From IMG/VR virus record IMGVR_UViG_3300012953_000028, positions 1 through 63,801 of that record: 63,801 bases of DNA. One strand, written 5' to 3'. Below are positions 35,948-45,263 of the stretch, in pieces; the first letter of the stretch is position 1, and each line of letters begins with the position of its first letter. This DNA comes from a virus (lineage: Duplodnaviria; Caudoviricetes). Under the pieces are notes generated by a model, which saw nothing but the letters and a program-made list of their open reading frames with translations, did not search any database and was not told the origin of the DNA. Both the position numbers and the translations under genes were made by a program.

Positions 35948-38071
35948 CTAAAGTACTCCTCCAGCATTACTATTTTCTCCAAACTCTTTTATCATTTTTG
36001 ATTCTTCTGCTTTTCTAAATGTAGCATCTCTTTCTATTCTTATCTTCTTTTGCATTGCTTCTTTTGCTTTTTGCCCCATAAGAGGATCTTTTGTTCCTTT
36101 TAACTTTGATGTAAACTTCCCACCTGTAAATGTATGTACAGTTGAAAAGATTCTATATACACCCGTAATCAAATCTTCTTTATCTAGATCCATAAGGTCT
36201 TTGTCGTTTCTATCTGCACTTGGTACACCAACTTCTAAGTATACTGAGTTATCTACATTTTGTCCAGCTGTTTTTGCTAAATGTTCTTTTAATGCTTTCT
36301 TATAGTTTCCCATATTATCAATATAAAAATTTATGTCATCTTGTACTGGTGCTTTACCTTCTACTCCTGCTGGTGTTTGGTGTAACCAAAACGGATCTCC
36401 AAGTACATCAAACTCTAATGTTATTAAATCACCACTACCTGCACTTGCGCCAGCATGTAATTGTTTAAATAAATGCTTTGAAACAAACTCTGCTCTCTTG
36501 CCTTCTGATTGTGTATCTTTTGTTTTTCCTTGTGTGTTAGTTGGTGTAAACATAGTTGGATAGATATTTGCTTGTTTTTTTTGAGCTTCGTCTACGTCAG
36601 ACTCTGCTAAATCTTCTGCAAATCTAAAAGGGGCAAGTTTATCGTCTTGTATTCTTTTTAATGTTGCTTCATCTCTTTTTTTATTTTGTGCGTTTTGTTT
36701 TCTTCTCTGTTCGTATAACTCTTTTTTACTTGGTTTTTTCTCTTTCGTCTTTGCTTGAGGAGCAGAAAGATCATTAATCATTGATAAAGGAATCCTCCAA
36801 AGATTATTAAATTTAATATCTAAGTTTAATATTTCAGTATTCTCTCCTGAGTAAATCCACTTATATGCTTTTCTGATTAGTCCATTTTCAATATAGTCGT
36901 CGATCCTAGCAGACACATCATCTATAGATGATGTATTCTCTAATTCATCAGGGTCCATAAGATCCTTTGCTAAAGCCCTTGCACCTACAAATACTTCTAC
37001 ATCTACTGCTTCTTTCTGTCTTGCGGCATCAAAAGAATCATTGCTTTGTACAGTAACCCCTGTAACAATTAGTACTGATTTTTTTAATTTTTTAAGAGAA
37101 TCTGGTTTTGGTTTTGCACTTTTTTCATCAAACGCATCATTTGTTAAGTATTTTACAAGCTCTGGAGATGTGCCAAACATTTGGTGTATAAACCCTTGTA
37201 TTGTTTCACCAGGTGCTAAAGCAATATTACCATCAGTAAATATACTCATAAAAAAGCCTTCGCTTTTTGTTGGAATTAGTTTTGAGTCAAAGTTAAATTT
37301 TAATTTCTTTAGTGTATCACAAACATAAAATTTATATGTATCTGCTTTTTCTTGTGTTCCTTCTTTAACTAATTCTTTTTGATATTCGTTTAATCCTTTT
37401 TCTAGTCTTGTAATAAGTCCTTGTATATTATTCTGTTTACTATTGTCATCATCTTTGTCAACTGAAACACCTTTTTCTATTTTCAATACTTCTGTATTAC
37501 TTGAAGAACCTAAATTTGTAACTAGCTGTAGGCTATATGCCGCTCCTTTTAAATCAAGACTCATTTCTAGATCAGTAATTGTAACATACCATTTATACAC
37601 CATCTCATTATTATTGTAATCTACACAAGTTACTGGCAAGTCATTTTCGTAACCTTTAAAGTTTACTTCTAACAGAAATAGTGCTTCTTGAGAATTAGGA
37701 AGATTAAATGATCTTGCAGACTTTGCAATCATCTCTGGTAGTTTACCGCCTAATGGTTCAACAATTCCCATTTTAAAAGTATGGTCTATTGCAGACATAT
37801 AAAACGGCTGTGAATGTCCTGGATTGGCTGTTGTTATTTCAAGTGATTCTACTACAACCGACCCTACTGAAGATGTGTCTACTATTTTAATTCCTCTACC
37901 ATGATTATATGAACGTTCTTTTACCTTTAGTGTTCTTTCATCAGGTGGCATCATTGTTAATACTATATTATAGGTATAACTAGGATATCTTAGTAAAGGG
38001 TTATCTCCTACTTCACTAGCAAGTTTAGGAGGGGCTTGTATTGATTCCGGAGGAAGTTTCGCTATAGCCAT
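35948..38071 (-). CDS. Baseplate hub protein (gp27/GPD-like)
   Basis: Between gp53 and gp5; C-terminal LGDPFWL...G.Y.I....H.F.GG.F...L. Confidence 0.55.
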   Translation of the reverse strand: MAIAKLPPESIQAPPKLASEVGDNPLLRYPSYTYNIVLTMMPPDERTLKVKERSYNHGRGIKIVDTSSVGSVVVESLEITTANPGHSQPFYMSAIDHTFKMGIVEPLGGKLPEMIAKSARSFNLPNSQEALFLLEVNFKGYENDLPVTCVDYNNNEMVYKWYVTITDLEMSLDLKGAAYSLQLVTNLGSSSNTEVLKIEKGVSVDKDDDNSKQNNIQGLITRLEKGLNEYQKELVKEGTQEKADTYKFYVCDTLKKLKFNFDSKLIPTKSEGFFMSIFTDGNIALAPGETIQGFIHQMFGTSPELVKYLTNDAFDEKSAKPKPDSLKKLKKSVLIVTGVTVQSNDSFDAARQKEAVDVEVFVGARALAKDLMDPDELENTSSIDDVSARIDDYIENGLIRKAYKWIYSGENTEILNLDIKFNNLWRIPLSMINDLSAPQAKTKEKKPSKKELYEQRRKQNAQNKKRDEATLKRIQDDKLAPFRFAEDLAESDVDEAQKKQANIYPTMFTPTNTQGKTKDTQSEGKRAEFVSKHLFKQLHAGASAGSGDLITLEFDVLGDPFWLHQTPAGVEGKAPVQDDINFYIDNMGNYKKALKEHLAKTAGQNVDNSVYLEVGVPSADRNDKDLMDLDKEDLITGVYRIFSTVHTFTGGKFTSKLKGTKDPLMGQKAKEAMQKKIRIERDATFRKAEESKMIKEFGENSNAGGVL

Positions 38072-38072
38072 T

Positions 38073-38363
38073 TTAAATTCCGTCTGTGCTAGTAAGTACC
38101 TCTAGTACTGTTCCAGCCTTTAAATCTTTAATAGGATCAGGTAGTGCATTCCTATTAAGCATTGCAATAGTCCACCAAAACTTACTGTTACCATATAAAT
38201 CATAACTTAGTTTGTCTGGCCTATGTGCTTGAGCTGGCGTAACTATATGTCGCTGGGTTTCGATCCCAGGTGATACTAAATCGTCAACTGTTTGTGCATT
38301 GTAAATGTCTAGGAAAAAATCTTTAATCTTTGTATTTCCGTAATGTGCTTTTCCTGTTGCCAT
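38073..38363 (-). CDS. Baseplate wedge gp53-like (LysM-like)
   Basis: RPDKLSYDLYGNSKFWWTIAMLN...DPI.DL..G..L. Confidence 0.85.
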   Translation of the reverse strand: MATGKAHYGNTKIKDFFLDIYNAQTVDDLVSPGIETQRHIVTPAQAHRPDKLSYDLYGNSKFWWTIAMLNRNALPDPIKDLKAGTVLEVLTSTDGI

Positions 38364-38962
38364 TAAATATATCCTTTACTTAAAAGTTTACCTGACGCAA
38401 AATCTTCCAGCTTAAAGTCTTTGACCACCTCAAGCGGAGTAAGTTGAACAAGTAGTGTTACAGAGATATCAAATAATACAGGTACTGTTTGAAATCCATC
38501 TGCCATACTTACTGTAATATAATCTACATCTTGTGGATAGTCAAAAGAGAACGATTGTACTACCACAGGAGTATTATTATAAAGTCCATAAGCATTTAAT
38601 CTTCCAATAGGAGGAGGCGTTCCTCTTGTTTTCTTTTCCTGTTTTCTACCATAAAACATCATTGTAGATGTTCTTAATAAGTGTATTGCATTTAATGCTT
38701 TACGTCCTTCTTTTTCGTCTCTACTAACAAAAGGACCACTAATTGAAATAGAAGGAACCTTTCTATTACCAAATGCACTTGGTTGATAGTTTGTATGCTG
38801 TAGTTCAATAGTACTATAGTTGACTTCAATAGATTGTGTTATTCTTGGTGTATATTCCCATTCAACAATGTTAGTATTAAAGGCCGCGTTATCCGAAGTT
38901 GGCGTAATCTCTGGCTTTAATGCTTTGAATGACAATCTTACTTTATCTGCAACTTGAGCCAT
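38363..38962 (-). CDS. Tail tube initiator / baseplate tube-cap (gp48/gp54-like)
   Basis: YTP.I, G.PPP...L..YG...N.PVV..SF...YP..VDY; next to gp53. Confidence 0.55.
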   Translation of the reverse strand: MAQVADKVRLSFKALKPEITPTSDNAAFNTNIVEWEYTPRITQSIEVNYSTIELQHTNYQPSAFGNRKVPSISISGPFVSRDEKEGRKALNAIHLLRTSTMMFYGRKQEKKTRGTPPPIGRLNAYGLYNNTPVVVQSFSFDYPQDVDYITVSMADGFQTVPVLFDISVTLLVQLTPLEVVKDFKLEDFASGKLLSKGYI

Positions 38963-38963
38963 A

Positions 38964-39614
38964 TTACACTAGTCTCCTGCTAAAAATATTAAAAATCTTT
39001 TTTTGTAAACCTTCGTCAGCATTTGGGTACAGGTCTTTTACAATTTGTTCTTGCTCTTCTTTTGTTCCACTTGCAAACATACTTCTAATTTCTGATGCAC
39101 TTCCTGCTGTTTTACCTGCAACTGTAAACTTATAATCCTTAACCGGATATATGTACCCATGCCCTGGACGTTCTGTTCCTTCTCCTTTTTCATTCGTAAA
39201 AGGTTTCATTTTATCTCCTGTGTACTTCTGAAAATAAGAAGGTGAGCCATTTTTTAATGGTGTAAACTGAAATCTAGGATCTTCTTGCATATCCTTTGAT
39301 CCTACTCCAAATACCATAACATCTGAATTAGGATCAAGACCTAATGCTGTTGGCAATACTTTTGGATTATAAGGAACCGGTTCTTCAATAACCTGGCTTG
39401 GATTAATACCCGATGCTTGTATCATTACTTTTTTCTCATCAAAAGAAAAAGGGCTCTTATTCGGCTCTACTTTGCCGCTAGAAGCGATATAAGTATTATT
39501 AATGCCAAACTTAGACGCTAGTTCTTTATATGCAGAAGCATGTCCATGATGGAACGGATGAAACCTTCCACCATAAATGGCAATAACTTGGGGTTGCAGA
39601 TCACTAATTTTCAT
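38964..39614 (-). CDS. HIGH-family nucleotidyltransferase (cytidyltransferase-like)
   Basis: GGRFHPFHHGH, SPFSF.EK and SASEIR. Confidence 0.85.
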   Translation of the reverse strand: MKISDLQPQVIAIYGGRFHPFHHGHASAYKELASKFGINNTYIASSGKVEPNKSPFSFDEKKVMIQASGINPSQVIEEPVPYNPKVLPTALGLDPNSDVMVFGVGSKDMQEDPRFQFTPLKNGSPSYFQKYTGDKMKPFTNEKGEGTERPGHGYIYPVKDYKFTVAGKTAGSASEIRSMFASGTKEEQEQIVKDLYPNADEGLQKKIFNIFSRRLV

Positions 39615-39633
39615 GTTATAATTTCTCCAACTA

Positions 39634-39641
39634 TATTTACC
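39634..39641 (-). promoter_or_regulatory. Putative late promoter GGTAAATA at the head of the baseplate operon
   Basis: TAAATA core upstream of GGAG SD and ATG 39614. Confidence 0.6.
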
Positions 39642-39668
39642 GTTTTTATAAAGTGGGTAGATAACCTA

Positions 39669-39697
39669 TTGACATTAACCTAGACTTTTGTTATACT
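39669..39697 (+). promoter_or_regulatory. Host sigma70-type promoter driving gp55
   Basis: TTGACA-17 nt-TATACT with extended -10 TG. Confidence 0.85.
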
Positions 39698-39717
39698 AGT
39701 TAAAATAAGGAAATAAT

Positions 39718-40680
39718 ATGACAACTAATTTAAAAAACGTATATTTAAAGAATAAAGACTTACTTGTTCAGATTCATAGAAGCAAATTACAGTTTTGCTG
39801 GAAAGAAGATAGGAAGTATGGAGATTACGATATTATCTTACATAACCTTACACATTTCCATAATAGGAAAACAAAAGCATTTCCTGAAGGAGCTCTTAAT
39901 ATTGCAAAGGCTACAAGAGCTAAAAGATTTGCTGAAGCAGATCATAAGCAGGCTTTGGTAGAATGGGAAGAAGCAGGTAGACGGCCAAGCAAAAAGCCTA
40001 AGTTGGATCAGTTTATGGTTCCTACAAAATCTATTCCAAATGATGAGATTGTTGTTAGGCTCATGACATGGGATCATATTCCAGAGGAGCCAGGAAGAAA
40101 AACAAATCCAAAAACTCCTGCAGATTATAGGAGTAAAGTTAACTTTCCTCCCTTTAAGCATTTTGTTAAAGAAGGAGGAGAATGGAGAGAAGTTGTTCGT
40201 AGTCATTGGAAAGGTGATTTAGAAAGTGGTAAGTTTAGTATTGACCACGGAAAAATTACTAATAGACTAGGTGCAATGTTCTTAAAACTATGTGAACGTT
40301 ATAGTTTAAGAAGTAATTGGAGAGGGTACAGTTATATTGATGAGATGCGAGGACAAGCCCTCATTCAGTTAACTCAGATTGCTCTACAGTTTGACGAAAG
40401 CAAGAGCCAAAATCCATTTGCATATTATACTGCCGCCGTGACAAATAGCTTTACTAGAGTATTAAATGTTGAAAAGAGGCAACGAGATATACGAGACGAC
40501 TTGTTACAAGAAGCAGGACAAACTCCTAGTTGGACTAGACAGGCAGAGCATATTGAGAAAGTTAAAGCAGAAGTTGAACGGGCACTTGCTTTAAAAGAAG
40601 CAGAAAAGTTAGAGAAAGAAAAAGAAGAACAAGAGCCGTTATCAACTATGATAGGGCATAACAATCCGCCACCGGATTAA
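39718..40680 (+). CDS. gp55-like late-transcription sigma factor (enlarged)
   Basis: YLKNKDLL start; LG.MFLKLCERYS...NWRGYSY.DEM; FD..KS.NPFAYYT...NSF.R.L..EK.Q. Confidence 0.9.
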   Translation: MTTNLKNVYLKNKDLLVQIHRSKLQFCWKEDRKYGDYDIILHNLTHFHNRKTKAFPEGALNIAKATRAKRFAEADHKQALVEWEEAGRRPSKKPKLDQFMVPTKSIPNDEIVVRLMTWDHIPEEPGRKTNPKTPADYRSKVNFPPFKHFVKEGGEWREVVRSHWKGDLESGKFSIDHGKITNRLGAMFLKLCERYSLRSNWRGYSYIDEMRGQALIQLTQIALQFDESKSQNPFAYYTAAVTNSFTRVLNVEKRQRDIRDDLLQEAGQTPSWTRQAEHIEKVKAEVERALALKEAEKLEKEKEEQEPLSTMIGHNNPPPD

Positions 40681-40693
40681 CAAGGAGAAATTA

Positions 40694-41080
40694 ATGACAA
40701 ATCCATTTGAAGACCAGGAAAGGTTTATGCTGGCATGTGATCAAACTGTCGCAGAAGAGAATATTCAACAGTACCGGCTATACCTTAGTCTAATCAATGA
40801 GGAAACTAAAGAGCTTGTTGATGCAATTAAAGCCAATGATAAGAAAGAACAATTAGATGCTTTAATTGATATTCTTGTTGTTACTATCGGTGCAATACAT
40901 TCGCTTGGTGCTGATGCAGAAGGAGCATGGACAGAAGTAATGTTTACAAATTTTGCTAAGATTGATGATATAACTGGTAAAGTTAATAAAAGGTCCGACG
41001 GAAAGATCCTTAAACCAAAAGACTGGGAAGGACCAAAATTAGAAAAGTTTTTGGAGAGAAAGAATGACAAAGATGAATAA
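40694..41080 (+). CDS. MazG-like/PRA-PH nucleotide pyrophosphohydrolase
   Basis: LI.EE..EL...DALID...V..G; W.EV...N.AK; R.DGKILKP..W..P. Confidence 0.85.
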   Translation: MTNPFEDQERFMLACDQTVAEENIQQYRLYLSLINEETKELVDAIKANDKKEQLDALIDILVVTIGAIHSLGADAEGAWTEVMFTNFAKIDDITGKVNKRSDGKILKPKDWEGPKLEKFLERKNDKDE

Positions 41081-41231
41081 AAAGCTAGAATACCTTATTA
41101 TGAGACATAAGAAACTAAAAGAACAGGTACTTACTGCAACCGGTGATCTTCTCAGAGAACTTAAAAAAGAAAAACTTTTTGTAAAAGATCAAATAGAAAG
41201 AACTAGACATCAGACAGATAGTGTGTTATAA
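41073..41231 (+). CDS. DUF465/YdcH-like small protein (missing from the ORF track)
   Basis: Hand translation MNKKLEYLIMRHKKLKEQV...LRELKKEKLFVKDQI...; 52 aa; fills the gap in the operon. Confidence 0.75.
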   Translation: MNKKLEYLIMRHKKLKEQVLTATGDLLRELKKEKLFVKDQIERTRHQTDSVL

Positions 41232-41232
41232 T
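41204..41232 (+). promoter_or_regulatory. sigma70-type promoter upstream of gp47
   Basis: TAGACA-17 nt-TATAAT with extended TG; ATG follows 5 nt later. Confidence 0.7.
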
Positions 41233-41237
41233 AAACC

Positions 41238-42260
41238 ATGACACAACCTTTTAAGAGAGCCGCATATTTTACGGATATTCATTTTGGATTAAGAAATAAC
41301 AGTCGGGCACATAACGACGACTGTGAAAACTTTATTAAATGGTTTGTAGAAGAAGCTCATAAAGAAAATTGCGAAACTTGTATTTTTGGAGGCGACTGGC
41401 ATAACAGCCGCAGTCAAATTAATGTTAGTACATTAAACTATACTACTTCAAATTTAGAGTATCTAAGCAAAAACTTTGAAAATGTTTATGTTATTATGGG
41501 TAACCATGATTTAGCATATAGAGAAAAACGTGAAATTAATTCACTTCCGTTTGGCAAATATTTGCCAAACCTACACATTATAAACGAGATTACTACAATC
41601 GGAGACATGACTATTGTTCCTTGGTTAGTTGGCGAAGAATGGACTGATATGAGAAATATTGGTTCTCGTTATATATTTGGACACTTTGAACTTCCTCGTT
41701 TTAAAATGAATGCTATGGTAGAAATGCCGGACCACGGAGGATTAAACGGAGATCATTTTCCTAATCAAGAGCTTGTGTTTAGTGGACATTTTCATAAACG
41801 TCAACGACGAGGAAATGTAGTTTATACTGGCAATGCCTTCCCACATAATTTTGCTGATGCTGGAGACGACGAAAGAGGAATGATGATACTTCCTTATGGG
41901 GAAGAGTATCAGTTTAGGGCTTGGCCCGATGCACCAAAGTTTAAGACAATGTCTTTAACTCATGCTATAGATAACCATGCACATATATTTGATCATACAA
42001 CATTTGCTCGTGTTACAATTGATGTTGATATTAGTTTTGAAGAGGCTTCGTATATCAAAGAAAAGTGGTATGAAGAATATGGTATGCGAGAATTATCGTT
42101 AATTCCTACTGCAAAAGAAGAACATTCTAAAGAATGGGACGGTGGAGAAATTAAATTTGAAAGTGTTGATGCTATTGTTTTAAATCAGATACAATCTATT
42201 GACTCTGATGTAATAGATAAAAAACTATTAACTGAAATTTATCAAGGGTTGAATAAATGA
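41238..42260 (+). CDS. gp47/Mre11/SbcD recombination nuclease
   Basis: Metallophosphoesterase motifs D.HFG, GGD, GNHD, GHF and SGHFH. Confidence 0.95.
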   Translation: MTQPFKRAAYFTDIHFGLRNNSRAHNDDCENFIKWFVEEAHKENCETCIFGGDWHNSRSQINVSTLNYTTSNLEYLSKNFENVYVIMGNHDLAYREKREINSLPFGKYLPNLHIINEITTIGDMTIVPWLVGEEWTDMRNIGSRYIFGHFELPRFKMNAMVEMPDHGGLNGDHFPNQELVFSGHFHKRQRRGNVVYTGNAFPHNFADAGDDERGMMILPYGEEYQFRAWPDAPKFKTMSLTHAIDNHAHIFDHTTFARVTIDVDISFEEASYIKEKWYEEYGMRELSLIPTAKEEHSKEWDGGEIKFESVDAIVLNQIQSIDSDVIDKKLLTEIYQGLNK

Positions 42261-44026
42261 TTGTATTTAAAAACATAACCATAAAAAACTTTATGAGTGT
42301 AGGAAATGTTACACAGGCATTAAATTTAAGTAACGATGGCCTTACTCTTGTATTAGGAAATAACTTAGATTTAGGTGGCGACGGAGCAAGAAATGGTGTT
42401 GGTAAAACAACTATTGTTAATGCACTAAGTTTTGCTTTATACGGAGATGCTTTAACTACAATTCGTAAACAAAACCTAATCAACAAAACTAATGGCAAGA
42501 ATATGCTTGTTACATTAGAGTTTGAAAAGAACGGCGAAACTTTTAAAATTGAACGTGGCCGTAGTCCTAATGTTTTACATTTTTACATTAATAATAACCA
42601 AGTAGAAGAAAAAACAGATGAAGGGCAAGGAGAGAATAGAGTTACACAGAAAGAAATAGATAGGCTCATTGGTATGGGAAAAGAGATGTTTAAGCATCTT
42701 GTAGCCTTAAACACTTACACTCAGCCTTTCTTAGCATTAAGAGCAAACGATCAAAGAGAAATTATTGAAGAACTACTTGGCATTACTCAACTTAGTGAGA
42801 AAGCAGATATTTTAAAAGAAGGCATTAGAAACACTAAAGAATTAATTAAAGATGAGGAATCTAGACATAGGGCTTTAGAAGAAAGTAATGCTAGGGTTAA
42901 ATCAACTATTGACGATTTAAAACGTCGAAGCAGAACTTGGAATAAAAAGAAAGACGAAGATTTAACTAATATTTTAGCTGGTATAACAGAACTAGAGTCT
43001 ACAGATATTGATGCAGAGTTACAATCTCATAGAGATTTAGAAGTCTTTAAAGAAAACGATAATCGCCTAAAGTTAGCCAATAAAGAACTAGCTACAAGAC
43101 AAGGTAATATCAATAAACTTAAAGAATCTCTTACATTATCTGAGTCTAATCTAGTGTCGTTAGAAGAAAATAAGTGTCATACATGCGGACAAGATATACA
43201 AGACGAAAAACAACAAACTTTATTAACAGATGCTAATAAATTATTAGTCCAAATTAAAGATGCGTTAAAAGAAGAACACGGGCTTCTTGCCCAATCAGAT
43301 ATTGCTGTTCGAGACATTGGAGATATGGGTACTCGTCCTATAACAAAATATCCTAGTATTGAAGAAGCAATTAAACACCAAAGCAACTTAGAAAATTTAA
43401 AAGGTACTTTGGTTACTAAAGAGGAAGAAGAAGATCCTTATCAAGAGCAAATTGAAACTCTTGAAACAACTGCTCTTGCAGAAATTTCATGGGAGAACAT
43501 GAACGAGTATACAAAACTACAAGAGCACCAAGAATTCTTGCTTAAATTACTAACAAATAAAGACTCATTTGTCCGTAAACGCATTATCGAGCAGAATTTA
43601 GCATACTTAAACCATAGGTTAGGGTATTACTTAGATAAATTACAACTACCACATGAAGTGGAGTTTAAGAGCGACTTAGAGGTTGATATTACTCAATTAG
43701 GTCAAACATTTGACTTTGATAATTTGAGTAGAGGAGAACGTAACAGGTTAATCCTAGCACTAAGTTGGAGTTTTAGAGACGTTTATGAAAGTTTCACTGA
43801 ACCAATGAATTTACTGTTTATTGACGAACTTGTAGATTCAGGCATGGACCAAGTTGGTATTGAGTTATCAATGTCAGTCTTAAAGAAAATGGGCCGTGAA
43901 ATGAAACGTAACGTCTTTTTAATCAGCCATCGAGACGAACTCGCTGGTCGTGTAAACAACGTACTGATGGTTGTTAAGCAAAACGGTTTTACTATGCTTG
44001 ATAACTCTACAGAAATTATTTTATAA
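42257..44026 (+). CDS. gp46/Rad50/SbcC recombination ATPase
   Basis: Walker A NGVGKTT, zinc hook CHTC, signature LSRGE, Walker B LFIDE, ISH. Confidence 0.96.
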   Translation: MIVFKNITIKNFMSVGNVTQALNLSNDGLTLVLGNNLDLGGDGARNGVGKTTIVNALSFALYGDALTTIRKQNLINKTNGKNMLVTLEFEKNGETFKIERGRSPNVLHFYINNNQVEEKTDEGQGENRVTQKEIDRLIGMGKEMFKHLVALNTYTQPFLALRANDQREIIEELLGITQLSEKADILKEGIRNTKELIKDEESRHRALEESNARVKSTIDDLKRRSRTWNKKKDEDLTNILAGITELESTDIDAELQSHRDLEVFKENDNRLKLANKELATRQGNINKLKESLTLSESNLVSLEENKCHTCGQDIQDEKQQTLLTDANKLLVQIKDALKEEHGLLAQSDIAVRDIGDMGTRPITKYPSIEEAIKHQSNLENLKGTLVTKEEEEDPYQEQIETLETTALAEISWENMNEYTKLQEHQEFLLKLLTNKDSFVRKRIIEQNLAYLNHRLGYYLDKLQLPHEVEFKSDLEVDITQLGQTFDFDNLSRGERNRLILALSWSFRDVYESFTEPMNLLFIDELVDSGMDQVGIELSMSVLKKMGREMKRNVFLISHRDELAGRVNNVLMVVKQNGFTMLDNSTEIIL

Positions 44027-44036
44027 GGAGAATAAA

Positions 44037-44240
44037 ATGGCAGATCCAAGAGATCCAAGAGATTCAGCTCATCATTTAGCATTAATGGAAAACATGGATG
44101 CATATATTGCTGAGAATAGAAAGTTCGTGGAAAAAGGTGTAAAGGCTAGTGCAACTAGAGCTCGTAAAGCTCTACAAAATATTGCCGTTGCTGTAAAAGA
44201 AAGACGTAAAGAAATTACAGAAGAGAAAAATGCACTTTAA
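44037..44240 (+). CDS. Histone H1-like (Hc1-type) small DNA-binding protein
   Basis: KF..KG.KASATRARKALQ.I....KE.RKEI; AAGGAG SD places the start at 44037. Confidence 0.7.
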   Translation: MADPRDPRDSAHHLALMENMDAYIAENRKFVEKGVKASATRARKALQNIAVAVKERRKEITEEKNAL

Positions 44241-44752
44241 TGCCAAGTAAAAGTAAAACTAAAGGATCAGGGTTTGAAAGAGAGGTTGCTACACATCTCT
44301 CTGAAATCTACAACGAAAGTTTTGTTCGAGTTCCAAACTCAGGAGCATTTGTTGGTGGAATGAATCAAACCCGTAAAAGCTATCTAAGTGAAGAACAAAT
44401 TAGAGGTTTTAAAGGAGATATTATTCCTGGTCCTAGTTTTCCTTTACTAGTATTTGAATGCAAATTCTACGCAGATTTTCCTTTTCATCAATTACTACAA
44501 AATACGGACGTACTAATACTTGATGATTGGATAAATCAAACTATAGACTGTATGGATGAAGGTGACTTAGGACTTCTATGTATGAAGTTTAATAGAAAAG
44601 GTCGCTATATTGCATACGAAGATAAGTTTAAATTTGAAACAACTAGATTTATAAACTACAAAAACTGGCTCATTACTGACTACGATTCTTTTTGGGAATT
44701 GAATGTCGACAAAGTAAAAACATACTCAAAACTCACAGAGACCATCTCTTAG
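44240..44752 (+). CDS. Holliday junction resolvase (PD-(D/E)xK)
   Basis: SK.KG..FEREVA..L, R.P.SGA, GDI, ECK. Confidence 0.85.
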   Translation: MPSKSKTKGSGFEREVATHLSEIYNESFVRVPNSGAFVGGMNQTRKSYLSEEQIRGFKGDIIPGPSFPLLVFECKFYADFPFHQLLQNTDVLILDDWINQTIDCMDEGDLGLLCMKFNRKGRYIAYEDKFKFETTRFINYKNWLITDYDSFWELNVDKVKTYSKLTETIS

Positions 44753-44779
44753 AAACATTGGCAAACTATCTACTGACAG

Positions 44780-45165
44780 GTTAGTGCAAGCCGGTTATAT
44801 TGCACCCATAAAATCTGGACCAGCGAGGGTTGCAGAGGACGGAATTTCTGAGCAGTAGCAGAGACATAACATCACTATCCTTAACAGGACGTAGGTCAAA
44901 CAGCATGAAACTGGCCTGATGTATGTATAGTATTGCTAAAATGAGTAGGCTCTGGTGAACCATTACAACCTACATAACAATAGAATTGGTTTGGTTCGGT
45001 TCTATATGTTTGCGTTATTACAGTCTAGTGTAAAAGGGTACCGCGTAACCGCCCTAACAGAAATGTTGCTTTAACCAAAGTGTGGTAGAGGTCTGTGTCA
45101 AGACAACCATTTATCTTAGCCCCTAAACGGGGCTAAGTGTGGATAGTTAATCTATGTCAAGCTGA
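44780..45165 (+). ncRNA. Candidate large structured non-coding RNA (family not recognised)
   Basis: ORF-free; about 42% GC by hand count over 44761-45120 versus about 22% just downstream; at least 10 helices, G-U pairs and a GAAA loop favouring the + strand; a possible pseudoknot. Confidence 0.65.
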
Positions 45166-45263
45166 AGTTAAAAATATTAAAGTTATTACTTACATTATGT
45201 AAACCATTTGTTATCGTTTGAAATATAAAAATGAATGAGTAGAGCAAAGCGATACGATATTCA

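Noticed and set aside
6844-37328. Short + strand ORFs nested in minus-strand genes
   Set aside because: Antisense shadows without SD or motifs
44781-44963. 60-aa minus-strand ORF in the intergenic gap
   Set aside because: No SD, atypical composition, and it overlaps helices whose wobble pairs favour a + strand RNA
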